Shown here one piece after another: positions 9,488-18,445 of a DNA stretch of 40,170 bases. Where the stretch lies: IMG/VR virus record IMGVR_UViG_3300045988_166694, positions 1 through 40,170 of that record, one strand, 5' to 3'. This DNA comes from a virus. The notes below the pieces were generated by a model. The model was not told the origin of the DNA. It made no database searches and saw only the letters and a list, made by a program, of their open reading frames with translations. How positions within the stretch are numbered: position 1 is the stretch's first letter; each line of letters begins with the position of its first letter. The position numbers and the translations under genes are program-made.

Positions 9488-9746
9488 ATATCGAGCTACT
9501 ACAACTGGTTATCTGGATGGTGTAATAATTACAAAATAGCTTGTAGTTAGATAGCTGTCTTGATACTATATTGGTGTAGCATATTAGGTTTTTGGTTGAT
9601 TTTACTAGTATGCTTTGTACTTTCACCACACACAATCTTTCTCGTAAGCGGGTTTTCTCTTAATCTTTTCCCGCTTGCGGGTCATTACCTGTCGTTAGAG
9701 TGGTCTTTTGACTGGTTTATCCCACTCTTACGATGCATGTTGCGAA

Positions 9747-9780
9747 GACGCCTAGCTCACCCCAGGCGTCTTTTTTGTTT
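9747..9780 (+). terminator. Rho-independent terminator: a 7-bp GC-rich stem (GACGCCT...AGGCGTC) followed by TTTTTTGTTT.
   Basis: Read directly from the sequence. Terminates plus-strand transcription before the 9801 gene. Confidence 0.7.
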
Positions 9781-9800
9781 ACTGGTAAGATAGTAATAAG

Positions 9801-10994
9801 ATGAATGAATATTTTACTGATTTTTCTAATGAGCCACCGGGCAATATCCCTAGAGATAACCCTAACTGGATAGTAGACCAAGACCCGGGCAATCATATCG
9901 CTTTTGCCCCTGACCAACATGGCTGTATCTGGATTAAGGCAGACAATAAAGGTCAAGTCTTTATCCGTTGTCGGCAGTATGAGCCTGGCGCATCAGTAGT
10001 TGAGTCACTCACCCGTGTTATCGTCTGGACTAGTAATCAAAATGTAGGTAGCTATGGTATCTTAGGACACCGCTACAATAGGTCAGCCCCACAAGGATTG
10101 ACGCTAGGCTATATCCCTAGCTATGGACGCTTGTCGTTGTTTCTAAATGACGATACCCGTAATGAGGGAATAGCTTATTACCACTACAATTGGTCACTAA
10201 GCACGCCTTACTGGGTGAGGTTCAGGTCGGATAATAACCGCCAGTACGCTAAGATATGGCGTGACGGCGAGGCTGAGCCGGCTAACTGGCAGATAGATGC
10301 TGTACGTAAGTTCGGTGATAATAGTGGTGAGATTGGTTTAGTTAACTACACAGGTCGCCCCGGCGAGGTCGGTGTGACCTACACCCAGTATTCATTTGCC
10401 ACGGGCGGTGCCAGTGCACCTAGGGCGCAAAACGCTATCGCCATCCAGGGCTCAGCTAGGATAGAGCGGGCTGACATTGATGTAATTAGAGGTAAGGCGG
10501 TCATAAATAAGAACATGTCTACTCAGATAAAGGGTAGGGCAGATATTCTTAAACCAGTCACCGCATCGATTGTCGGCAAGTCCAAGATTGTTACAGGCGT
10601 AAACAAGGATATTCAGCTTAGAGGCAAAGCTAGACTAAACAAGTATCAGACTAAGCAGATTGGCGGTAGGTCGGTCGTCAGCGTCTTTGTTAAACAGGCA
10701 TTTATCAAGGGCGGGGCTAGGATACATATCCAACCGTCTCTCATACTGCTTGGTAGTGCCGTCGTTGCTAATGAAGCGACTATTACGATAAAGGGTGCAT
10801 CTCGGATATATGGCGTGTTTACGGCGTCTCTGAAGGGCAAGTCTGTTTTAAGACGCCCACCACGACCAATGTCGCCTCAGCACTGGCGTAACGCTGATAC
10901 GCACTCACCGACCAAGTGGCAAGGTGCAACTACTAAGCCTCAGCACTGGCGTAACGCTGATACGCACTCACCGACCAAGTGGCAAGAACAATAA
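9801..10994 (+). CDS. Putative receptor-binding or tail-fibre protein (397 aa) with about nine β-solenoid-like 'hxG(K/R)A(R/D)I' repeats and a C-terminal tandem duplication.
   Basis: Repeats IQGSARIE, IRGKAVIN, IKGRADIL, IVGKSKIV, LRGKARLN, IGGRSVVS, IKGGARIH, IKGASRIY and LKGKSVLR. The C-terminus carries the peptide PQHWRNADTHSPTKWQ twice. Confidence 0.45.
   Translation: MNEYFTDFSNEPPGNIPRDNPNWIVDQDPGNHIAFAPDQHGCIWIKADNKGQVFIRCRQYEPGASVVESLTRVIVWTSNQNVGSYGILGHRYNRSAPQGLTLGYIPSYGRLSLFLNDDTRNEGIAYYHYNWSLSTPYWVRFRSDNNRQYAKIWRDGEAEPANWQIDAVRKFGDNSGEIGLVNYTGRPGEVGVTYTQYSFATGGASAPRAQNAIAIQGSARIERADIDVIRGKAVINKNMSTQIKGRADILKPVTASIVGKSKIVTGVNKDIQLRGKARLNKYQTKQIGGRSVVSVFVKQAFIKGGARIHIQPSLILLGSAVVANEATITIKGASRIYGVFTASLKGKSVLRRPPRPMSPQHWRNADTHSPTKWQGATTKPQHWRNADTHSPTKWQEQ
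10875..10986 (+). repeat. Perfect tandem duplication of a 49-bp unit with a 63-bp period (CCTCAGCACTGGCGTAACGCTGATACGCACTCACCGACCAAGTGGCAAG, two copies) at the 3' end of the 9801..10994 gene.
   Basis: Two identical copies at about 10875-10923 and 10938-10986. Confidence 0.85.
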
Positions 10995-11026
10995 AAAACC
11001 ACCCCGTAAGAGGTGGCTTTTTAGTT
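10995..11026. terminator. Bidirectional rho-independent terminator between the convergent late operons (AAAAAACCACCCCGTAAGAGGTGGCTTTTT).
   Basis: A stem CCACC/GGTGG flanked by an A-run upstream and a T-run downstream. It lies between the stop at 10994 (plus strand) and the stop at 11040 (minus strand). Confidence 0.75.
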
Positions 11027-11039
11027 GTGGCAGGTCGCC

Positions 11040-12131
11040 CTAGGCTATTGACTTAATACCTGTAATCACACTGTTGCGTCGTGGCTGTCGGTGGATTAGG
11101 TTACCAAGCATCACTAACCAACCAATCTTACCGTACTGGTTGATAGGCTGCATGAAGTCACGCATCTGCAAGAACGACGGTACTTGGTCTTTAATATCTG
11201 AATATGTACCCTCAGTTATGTTGTTCTTGTTGTTGTAGTTGTTCAGGTCTTGACCCTTTAGATTGCGGTACTCCAGGTAGTGCTCGTTAATCCAGTAGAA
11301 CCGACCGTTCGGGCACTTGTCATCAGCCACTACAGGCTTACCGCGGTAGCTGATAGCATCGACACCCCAAGCACCTTTCAGAGACTGAGCAGGTACGCTA
11401 GTGCCACGTGGGGTCTTGCCATTCACACGGTTGTAGCCGGTAATGGCTGTAGCGTCATAGTGCGCCTGCAAGCTGTTGTTTTTGTGCAACAAGCTTTCAA
11501 ACAGACTCCAGATCTGAGAAGTGGTGAAGGCAATGTCAGGTGACTCTTGCGATGAGCCCGCCGCTGAAGCGTCGTCAAACGCCTTGGAGACAAGGTCGAG
11601 AGTCATCTTGCCGGCTGCCGCTGCGGTGACGTGACCGTTGATATTCGGCAGTTCAGCACGACTTAAGCCTGCATAAGAAGAGGTAGCAGTACCGTCGTCG
11701 ACAATAAGCCCCAATCCATCAAAGTCTTTACCGTTACCATAACCATATAACAGGTTGCCGACACCATCAGACAGAGAGTTCGCCGCCTCGTCCATCTTTG
11801 CACCAAGCAAGCGTACAGCTCCCTTATTGGCGGTCTCGTTGACAGACTGCTCGATACCAGGGATAACGATACTCTGCTCATAACCCTTGACATACCAAGT
11901 CATGCTGCGCACGTTGTTAGTGGCTGAGGTGTCAAACTCATCCATACCGTCAAATGAGCCACCGGTTGTTGAGTTAGCAATCTGGATAGGCTGATTGACA
12001 GTAGTACCTCGCCACGGCTTAGGGTTAGATAACGCCCTGGCGGTAAAGATGTTGCTCTGATTGACCGTATCCACAATCGACGGCAATATCTCGTTGTAGG
12101 TAATTGTCTTAACTCGTTCAGAAAATGTCAT
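11040..12131 (-). CDS. Putative major capsid protein (363 aa).
   Basis: Size typical of HK97-fold capsid proteins. Last gene of the structural operon with a strong ribosome-binding site 'AAGGAGAAG'. No other capsid-sized candidate was found. Homology was not verifiable. Confidence 0.45.
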   Translation of the reverse strand: MTFSERVKTITYNEILPSIVDTVNQSNIFTARALSNPKPWRGTTVNQPIQIANSTTGGSFDGMDEFDTSATNNVRSMTWYVKGYEQSIVIPGIEQSVNETANKGAVRLLGAKMDEAANSLSDGVGNLLYGYGNGKDFDGLGLIVDDGTATSSYAGLSRAELPNINGHVTAAAAGKMTLDLVSKAFDDASAAGSSQESPDIAFTTSQIWSLFESLLHKNNSLQAHYDATAITGYNRVNGKTPRGTSVPAQSLKGAWGVDAISYRGKPVVADDKCPNGRFYWINEHYLEYRNLKGQDLNNYNNKNNITEGTYSDIKDQVPSFLQMRDFMQPINQYGKIGWLVMLGNLIHRQPRRNSVITGIKSIA

Positions 12132-12196
12132 TTCTTCTCCTTGCTTATCTTATAGGGTGAATATACCACAGATATTCGCCCAAACTGTGACCGTTT

Positions 12197-13954
12197 TTAG
12201 TTATTGTCTTTTTGCTTTTGATTGATAGTTCTAGTTAGCCCCATTGTCAAAATGTTGTATGGTGTAGACTTGCGCCAGTTTTTCACAAAATCCAACAGCT
12301 CCTGATTGCTCATCTTTTTTAATTGAGCGACATCAGGTAGGTTATCTACAGCTGTTTTAAGGGCTAGTGCCTCTGTTCTCTTTGGCTTAATCACCTGAGG
12401 CTTTGACCGTGTAAGCATATGGTTAGGCAGTTCTTGGATATCGCTTTCCTTAACTTGGGGCAGGTAGTGCCGTACCTGCTCGATTATCTCGGCTGGTTCG
12501 GGTGTCAAATTGTGCACAGGCACGTTGCCTCTGTCCCAGTACTGGTTAATCTCCATAACTGGTACTTGGTGTGTGCCATTCTCGCTATCTGTCTGCGCAC
12601 GGGCACGTTTCTGAGGCTTTGGCTTGCTAATTGTGTTGTTGACCGTCTTTGGTTCTAAATCGCCAAATAAGCCAGCCTGGTTGTCTGATACGGGTATGGC
12701 TTCAGCCAGCTTCTCTTCGTCAATCTGAGGTGGCAGACTACCAAAGGTGGGGGTTGGGGCTTGTTTAGCAGAGCTGGCAACCCTATCATTATATCGACTG
12801 AGTATCTCATCTTGGATATTCTTAAGCTTGTCCTCCAGCTTAGCCGTCTGGTTACCGAGGGCGGTTACTACCTCGTCAGACATATCGTCAAGTCCCTGAA
12901 CCTTTTTGATAGCATTCATTTTAGACTTAATATCCCCCGATATGTTTTCAAAATCAGATAGCAAGTCAACCGCATCGATAGCTCGCCCTACATCATCACC
13001 AAACAGGGTAGATTGAGCGTCTTTTATCTTAAGGCTCTTCAGCTTGCCTGTCATCAGATTGACCACGTTATCCACGTTCTTCTTAGATAGCTTGTCGGCG
13101 TTGTATAGTCCTTCCACCACGCTCATAAACTTGTCTTGGCTCATGCCCCGATTGCGGGCGTTACGTGAGGTAGCTATCAGAGTATCCGGGCTAAAATCCA
13201 TGTTCTCGTTAATTACAGATTGCATCTTCGGGTTGTGTTCGATAGCGTCCCAGGCATAGCTGTAATCGTCAAAATCAGTGCCACGCTTAATGTTGTTGCG
13301 CTCGACTTGTGGCTCTAACCCCGACCGTTTACTCTCGGCAATCGACTTTGCCATGTCCAGCGTGCTCTCATATTGACCTCCCTGGTTAGCTCCACGGCTT
13401 ATCTGCTTAGCTTCGTCATCTGTTATATCCTGATAAATCCTAGCCTTGATAGACTCGGGATTATCTAGCCCCGCCTTAGCTCGTTGCTCCAGCCCCATAG
13501 TTCTAGAGTGTCCACCTAACACCTGAAAATCATCGCCCACCTTACGCACTACAATCGGCTGGTCAACCATCCCCTCCTGGTAACCTTTCTCAAAGACACT
13601 CTTAGTAGTACCCGCTCCACTGGCGGTGGTTCTTGGCTGGTACTCTTTCAGCCTCACCAGTTTACTAACGGGCACGTCTCCTTCTGAGAAGGCTAGCCCC
13701 AGGCGGTCGGTTAAGCTATCTGCCAACTTGCCGGCATTATCATCAGCATGTTTACTGAGGTAATTGCCGGCTTTGCTTAGTAGGTCATCCAGGTCGTTAT
13801 CGGCAACCTTCTTGACGGCTCTGGTCGCTCGCTTGGCAACGCCACCCAGTAAATCATCCAAGTGATTAGTGGCTGTTTTGCCTATACTTCGGGCAGCGAC
13901 ATCAGCTAAATTGCCAGCTCCAGAGAACAGCTTCGATAATACGCTGTTTAGCAT
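12197..13954 (-). CDS. Virion protein (585 aa) that carries an internal ParB/Srx-fold (ParB N-terminal nuclease/CTPase-like) domain and the shared N-terminal 'MLNSVLSKLF' motif.
   Basis: 'VPVSKLVRLKEYQPR' resembles the ParB 'IPIxKIxPNPYQPR' motif. 'QPIVVRKVGDDFQVLGGHSRTMG' resembles ParB 'QPIVVRP..G.YEIVAGERRWRA'. The N-terminus is homologous to those of the 13956..15785 and 4287 products. Confidence 0.6.
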   Translation of the reverse strand: MLNSVLSKLFSGAGNLADVAARSIGKTATNHLDDLLGGVAKRATRAVKKVADNDLDDLLSKAGNYLSKHADDNAGKLADSLTDRLGLAFSEGDVPVSKLVRLKEYQPRTTASGAGTTKSVFEKGYQEGMVDQPIVVRKVGDDFQVLGGHSRTMGLEQRAKAGLDNPESIKARIYQDITDDEAKQISRGANQGGQYESTLDMAKSIAESKRSGLEPQVERNNIKRGTDFDDYSYAWDAIEHNPKMQSVINENMDFSPDTLIATSRNARNRGMSQDKFMSVVEGLYNADKLSKKNVDNVVNLMTGKLKSLKIKDAQSTLFGDDVGRAIDAVDLLSDFENISGDIKSKMNAIKKVQGLDDMSDEVVTALGNQTAKLEDKLKNIQDEILSRYNDRVASSAKQAPTPTFGSLPPQIDEEKLAEAIPVSDNQAGLFGDLEPKTVNNTISKPKPQKRARAQTDSENGTHQVPVMEINQYWDRGNVPVHNLTPEPAEIIEQVRHYLPQVKESDIQELPNHMLTRSKPQVIKPKRTEALALKTAVDNLPDVAQLKKMSNQELLDFVKNWRKSTPYNILTMGLTRTINQKQKDNN

Positions 13955-13955
13955 T

Positions 13956-15785
13956 CTATTGCCCCAGCATGTTATAGATTGACTGTATCTTAAGTCTAGC
14001 TTTCACCGGATTATCGGCGATATCGGGCACCATTGACATGTATGACTTGATATCCATATCAGACAGTGTGCCGCTATCGCCACTGGCTCTAGCCAAGGCT
14101 ACGGCTAAAGCTTGACGCTGAGAGTTGTATGCTCCTGCCGCCGGGTTGACGCTGTCAGCGGTAATGGCATTGAGGGCATTAGTTAAGTGCCCACCTACAC
14201 CATGACCGCCACCGGCTTGTCGGTACAGTTTCATCAAGCTACTCATCTGAGTGCGGGCAGAGTTCTGCTTAGCTGCCGTTTTCGCATCAGCGGCACTGCT
14301 TTTGGCGGTTGAGGCTTTAGTGGCGGCTTTAGTTCTGCTATCCAGTAAATCGATAATACTAGCTATTGACTTACCCGCTTTGGTATTACCATCCATCAGT
14401 GCCTTGACATAAGCGTTCTCCAAGTCTTCTCTAGAATAGCCAGCAATGGTGTCATTGCTCGCTGAATTAGCAGCAGCTAACCCGTTAGATACATCTCTTG
14501 GGCTACCGGCAACGCCGCCCATAGCCGAGCCCATTCCGTCAGCTTCTGAGCCACCGCCGGGCATACTACTACCTCTAGCCTGTCTACCGCCCAACTGGTC
14601 ACCCAGCATGGATAGTGCTCCAATACCACCCGCTGCGACTGCGCCTCGCTTGATAGCCTTCTGTACGCCCTCATCTCTAAGCTTATCGGCAGCACCTACT
14701 AAGGTTGACCCAAGCTTGCCTGTCGCCGCTTGAGCCGGCGTACCGACTAAGGTGTCCAGTAAATTAGTCAAGCCCTTAGGCATACCACCCATACCACGAC
14801 CACCACCTGAGTTGCCCAGTAAAGCACCACCGCCCTGAGCCTGGTCAGATAATCGCTCCAGCTTCTCACCGTTGACAAAGTCACGCTTAAATGAGCGCAA
14901 GTTAGCAATAGTCCTCTCTGCTGCCGGGGTGGCTTCCAGTTCCTGAGCCAGCTTATCGTAAGCTTTCATGAAAGGTGTATTGTTCTGTAACCTAGCCTCA
15001 CCAGCCAGTCTTTTGAGCTCATTGATAGAGTTCTCGTACAGTTCTTGAGTAGCACCCGGTCTAACCTGTTCTACGGCGTTATCAATACCTGTAGCAATCT
15101 TGTCGCCCATGTCCATCATCAATCCGCCCAAGGTCTTATCACCAGCCTTGTTAGCTGTATACATCAGCCTGCTACCCTCACTCTTGAGTAACTTCTCCAT
15201 CTGTACAGGGGTGTAATGGTCAATTAGCGGTCGTAAGTTAGACGGAAAACTGTTCAATACCGCTTCGTATTCACGGGTAGGTAAGTCAAAATGAGTCATA
15301 TCCAGTACATCAGTAGCCGACCTGGTGCTATTGATTGCTTTGTCCAAAATAGCATCTTCAGTACCAGTCAATGTCCGTCCCAGCTCTGCCTGAGCCCCCG
15401 GGTCTGAGATACCTGTCCGTCTGAATACTTCAGCAATGTTGTGCTTAGCGTCCGGGGCAACTTTAGCCATACCGGCTCTTGTAACGCTTCTGCCCGTGTT
15501 CATTGCCGTCTCGCCGCTCTTCTCCAGTAAATCAGCCACTGAGTTCAGAAAACCGCCTTTTTTGACTACGCTCTGAGCAGTATCATCAGCTATCTCACGC
15601 CCCAGATTAGATAAGGCACTCTTGCCTAAGCCCCTAGAGGCACTGGCTACTGCGACATTAGCTAAATCGTCGCCATAGTTTCTAGCTAGGCTACTTGCTA
15701 ACCCCCTAGAGGCACTATTAGCAACGCCTCGGGCAATATCATCGCCTGAGCTTCTGAACAATTTACTTAAAATACTGCCAAACAT
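13956..15785 (-). CDS. Large Ala/Gly-rich virion protein (609 aa) with the shared N-terminal 'MFGSILSKLFRSSGDDIA' motif. Internal or ejection protein candidate.
   Basis: N-terminal homology to the 12197..13954 and 4287 products. Low-complexity Gly/Ala/Ser-rich core. Position in the structural operon. Confidence 0.55.
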   Translation of the reverse strand: MFGSILSKLFRSSGDDIARGVANSASRGLASSLARNYGDDLANVAVASASRGLGKSALSNLGREIADDTAQSVVKKGGFLNSVADLLEKSGETAMNTGRSVTRAGMAKVAPDAKHNIAEVFRRTGISDPGAQAELGRTLTGTEDAILDKAINSTRSATDVLDMTHFDLPTREYEAVLNSFPSNLRPLIDHYTPVQMEKLLKSEGSRLMYTANKAGDKTLGGLMMDMGDKIATGIDNAVEQVRPGATQELYENSINELKRLAGEARLQNNTPFMKAYDKLAQELEATPAAERTIANLRSFKRDFVNGEKLERLSDQAQGGGALLGNSGGGRGMGGMPKGLTNLLDTLVGTPAQAATGKLGSTLVGAADKLRDEGVQKAIKRGAVAAGGIGALSMLGDQLGGRQARGSSMPGGGSEADGMGSAMGGVAGSPRDVSNGLAAANSASNDTIAGYSREDLENAYVKALMDGNTKAGKSIASIIDLLDSRTKAATKASTAKSSAADAKTAAKQNSARTQMSSLMKLYRQAGGGHGVGGHLTNALNAITADSVNPAAGAYNSQRQALAVALARASGDSGTLSDMDIKSYMSMVPDIADNPVKARLKIQSIYNMLGQ

Positions 15786-16639
15786 TAGTAGTAGCCTCCT
15801 CCATATTCATCTTCATCATCTTGGTACTGGTCTTGATACTGGTTCTGTCCGCCACCGCCAAATAACGGCAATAATTTACTGCCACCATATAAAGCACCGC
15901 CACCTAAAGCTACCTTGCCCATAGTAGACTTGGGCAGATACTTACGCCAATCAGTGCCTGTTAGCTTATTTTTTAGACTGCCAAACTTTTCAAATCCGAT
16001 AGGCATAGCTGCGCCCATTACTGCGCCCATAGGTGCGCCACTTAAGGCGTCACTGAGCTTAGTGTTTTGACCACCTTCACGATAGGCACCAGCTACGCTA
16101 CTCGCTGCACCCGAGAGGGCGTTTCTAACCAGTGCGCCTCTGCTAATCTTGCCTGCTGAAGTTAAGGCTTTGACGCCTGATGCCCCAGGTATGATGTTCA
16201 TGAGGCTCTCGACACCAGCTCCAATATCTGAGACGGGGTCACGATTGTTCTGCTTGTAGGTATTGCCCATCAAATCGACCGCCGCTGTACCAGCCTGATA
16301 CATCGGATTGATGATACCGCCGATTATCCCGTTACCAAGAGGCTTGTATCGCCAGTCTTTCTCCTCTTGCTCATAAGCCTTGCCCAGCGTATCCAATCCG
16401 CTCTTGTTTTGGCTTCGGGCAGTGTTGTAAGAGTTCATGATAGCTGAACGTCTAGCCTGCTCATCGGGGCTAAGACTGCCCCAATCGACGCCCTCGATAT
16501 TTTTAGCGTAATAGTCATTAGCTTGCTGGTTCAAAGCATTAGCTTGGTCTATCTGCTTATTGACCGTATCACGGTCATATTGCCGACCTGTACCAAAAAG
16601 TAACTTGCCTAAATTACCCAAGATATCCATGTCTACCAA
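15785..16639 (-). CDS. Gly-rich virion protein (284 aa) that ends in 'YGGGYY'.
   Basis: ATGA start/stop overlap with the flanking genes. Gly-rich composition. Confidence 0.5.
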   Translation of the reverse strand: MVDMDILGNLGKLLFGTGRQYDRDTVNKQIDQANALNQQANDYYAKNIEGVDWGSLSPDEQARRSAIMNSYNTARSQNKSGLDTLGKAYEQEEKDWRYKPLGNGIIGGIINPMYQAGTAAVDLMGNTYKQNNRDPVSDIGAGVESLMNIIPGASGVKALTSAGKISRGALVRNALSGAASSVAGAYREGGQNTKLSDALSGAPMGAVMGAAMPIGFEKFGSLKNKLTGTDWRKYLPKSTMGKVALGGGALYGGSKLLPLFGGGGQNQYQDQYQDDEDEYGGGYY

Positions 16640-17568
16640 TCTCCTCCACCGTTACCATAGCTGCGCTCTGTCGGCCAGCGGTCTTCTATACCCTTATTAG
16701 CCCAAAACGTACCACCGCCAAGTGCCGCTAGCGGTCCATACATCTTAATGGCATCCCAAAGATTATTAGCCTTGGTAGCATAAATCGGCTCTTGACGCTT
16801 TCTCGGGGTGTAGGTGTTATTGTTACCAGGTTTATCAGTGTTGCTTCTACTAGGCTGACGCTGAGGCAGGTAACTACCTATCCTCGCCGCTTCTATCTGG
16901 GCATCATGGGCTAACTTAGCGCGGTAGTTCTCCTGTTGCGCTTTCCACCTGTCTAACGCCATCTGGTCTTGTGCTAACTGATACTTATCTCTAGCACCAT
17001 ACTCATTAGCCAGCAAGCCTCTATCCTGCTGGTTCATCTGGTAGGCAGAATTACGCTGACCAAGCAGGGTTGACCAGACGCTACGCAAAGCATCCAAGGT
17101 CTTCTCCTGGTCGCTCATCTGGTTACCAGCCACATACTGCGTCTCCTGCGTACCTCGATTAGCTAAATCAGTGTAATCTTGCAAAGTGTTGTTGTAGTTC
17201 TGACTGAGCATGTTCATAGTGTTGGCGTTATCGCCCTGTCTAGACTGCATAATCCGTGATAGCTGAGCCTGAGTTAGGTTGCCACCGTACTGTTGCCTAA
17301 TGGTATCTGGCATGCGGTTGATAGTATCGTTAAGCTGGTCTACTGCGCCTCTGGCTTGCTGATAACTAGTCCTGGCTTTGTTTATCTCATCAGTGTTGAG
17401 ATACCTATCTCTGGCTGCGTTATATATGTCACCAAAGCTCTGACGCTTATCAAAAGCGTTGTTGTACTTGCCATACGCCTCATCTGCCTGCTGTTGGTAG
17501 GCGTTGTATTTCTGATAACTAGCGTCTGCGTTTCGGTTAGCTGATGCAATACGTCCACTAAAATCCAT
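16633..17568 (-). CDS. Gln-rich coiled-coil virion protein (311 aa), paralogue of the 17611..18438 product.
   Basis: Shared 'Q(R/Q)(F/Y)GGNLT(E/Q)..L' segment and shared N-terminal Y/Q-rich heptads. Confidence 0.55.
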   Translation of the reverse strand: MDFSGRIASANRNADASYQKYNAYQQQADEAYGKYNNAFDKRQSFGDIYNAARDRYLNTDEINKARTSYQQARGAVDQLNDTINRMPDTIRQQYGGNLTQAQLSRIMQSRQGDNANTMNMLSQNYNNTLQDYTDLANRGTQETQYVAGNQMSDQEKTLDALRSVWSTLLGQRNSAYQMNQQDRGLLANEYGARDKYQLAQDQMALDRWKAQQENYRAKLAHDAQIEAARIGSYLPQRQPSRSNTDKPGNNNTYTPRKRQEPIYATKANNLWDAIKMYGPLAALGGGTFWANKGIEDRWPTERSYGNGGGDW

Positions 17569-17610
17569 CTAAACTCCTATTCTTAGGATTATCGTAACAC
17601 AGTAGCCTCG

Positions 17611-18438
17611 TTAATATGCCCCCGCATAAGCACCACCTTCGTATCTTCTGAAGTATTCAGCTAGCGATAGCTCACCAGATTGTGTCTTAGCAATATCTGA
17701 ACGCTTGCGGGCAGTAGCTAAGTCAGCGTTACGCTGCCGTTCGGCACTAGCTCTCGCCAGGCTGAGTTCTGTATTTATCTGGTTTTGATAACGCTTAGTC
17801 CTATTAGCCTCTATCTCTCGCTCCTGAGCCATCCAGCGTTGTCTAATATTCCACCAATCATAGGCACTCTGAACCGACTGTTGCTGATATCTCGCTTGAG
17901 TAGCCATATTCGACCACTGCTCCTCGTTCTTGACTGCTGTATTCCAGTCATCAGCTCGCCTCTTGATACCTGACCAGTAGCTATCGCTCTGCTTGTTAGT
18001 TAGCCCTAACGCCTGATTGAAAGCTTTCTCGACCCTAGAATGATAATCGTTGAACTTGGTCTGGTAGCTAGCCTCATACTGCTTAAATTGGCTGGTGAGG
18101 GCTTCTTCTTGAGGTTCTTTGACCCGCTCCAGTTCTTCTTCGGTAAGGTTGCCACCAAAACGTTGAACAATAGTAGTACTGAGCCTATCTAGCTGGTCTT
18201 TAACTACCGCCAGTGCCTCCTTAGACTTGTCTAGAGTAGTTTTAACGCCTGATACGTCTAAGTCTTTCTCTGATTGACGCTTGTACTGGTCATATATTGT
18301 CTGGTAGTCGGGACGTTGGTCAAAAGCAATATCGTAAGCCTGCTTGGCTTGCTTGGTCTGCTCTTGCGCGGCACCGTATGCACCGTAAGTCTGGTCTACA
18401 TATTGTTGGGCTTCTTGTAGACGTCTTTGCCAATCCAT
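17611..18438 (-). CDS. Gln-rich coiled-coil virion protein (275 aa), paralogue of the 16633..17568 product.
   Basis: Paralogy to 16633..17568 as described for that gene. Confidence 0.55.
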   Translation of the reverse strand: MDWQRRLQEAQQYVDQTYGAYGAAQEQTKQAKQAYDIAFDQRPDYQTIYDQYKRQSEKDLDVSGVKTTLDKSKEALAVVKDQLDRLSTTIVQRFGGNLTEEELERVKEPQEEALTSQFKQYEASYQTKFNDYHSRVEKAFNQALGLTNKQSDSYWSGIKRRADDWNTAVKNEEQWSNMATQARYQQQSVQSAYDWWNIRQRWMAQEREIEANRTKRYQNQINTELSLARASAERQRNADLATARKRSDIAKTQSGELSLAEYFRRYEGGAYAGAY

Positions 18439-18445
18439 AGTCTTA

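Noticed and set aside
9488-9800. A tRNA gene in the intergenic gap.
   Set aside because: No GTTC(R)ANTC T-loop-like sequence and no cloverleaf with a 7-bp acceptor stem could be drawn by eye. A tRNAscan run would be definitive.
9432-9956. Track ORFs 9432..9635 (-), 9560..9793 (+) and 9717..9956 (-) in the 9.5-9.8-kb gap.
   Set aside because: No ribosome-binding sites and hydrophobic or Cys-rich non-protein-like translations. The region is better explained as a non-coding regulatory or possible small-RNA region with a terminator.
14446-14733. ORFs inside large genes on either strand: 14446..14733 and 14477..14695, 4637..5071, 4732..4926, 12419..12658, 12761..12961, 13044..13259, 17293..17544, 19323..19535, 21000..21218, and the 30205/31462/31619/32014/32060 set.
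   Set aside because: They overlap much longer, better-supported genes and lack ribosome-binding sites. Most arise from low-complexity Gly/Ala/Gln-rich or acidic stretches that stay open in several frames.
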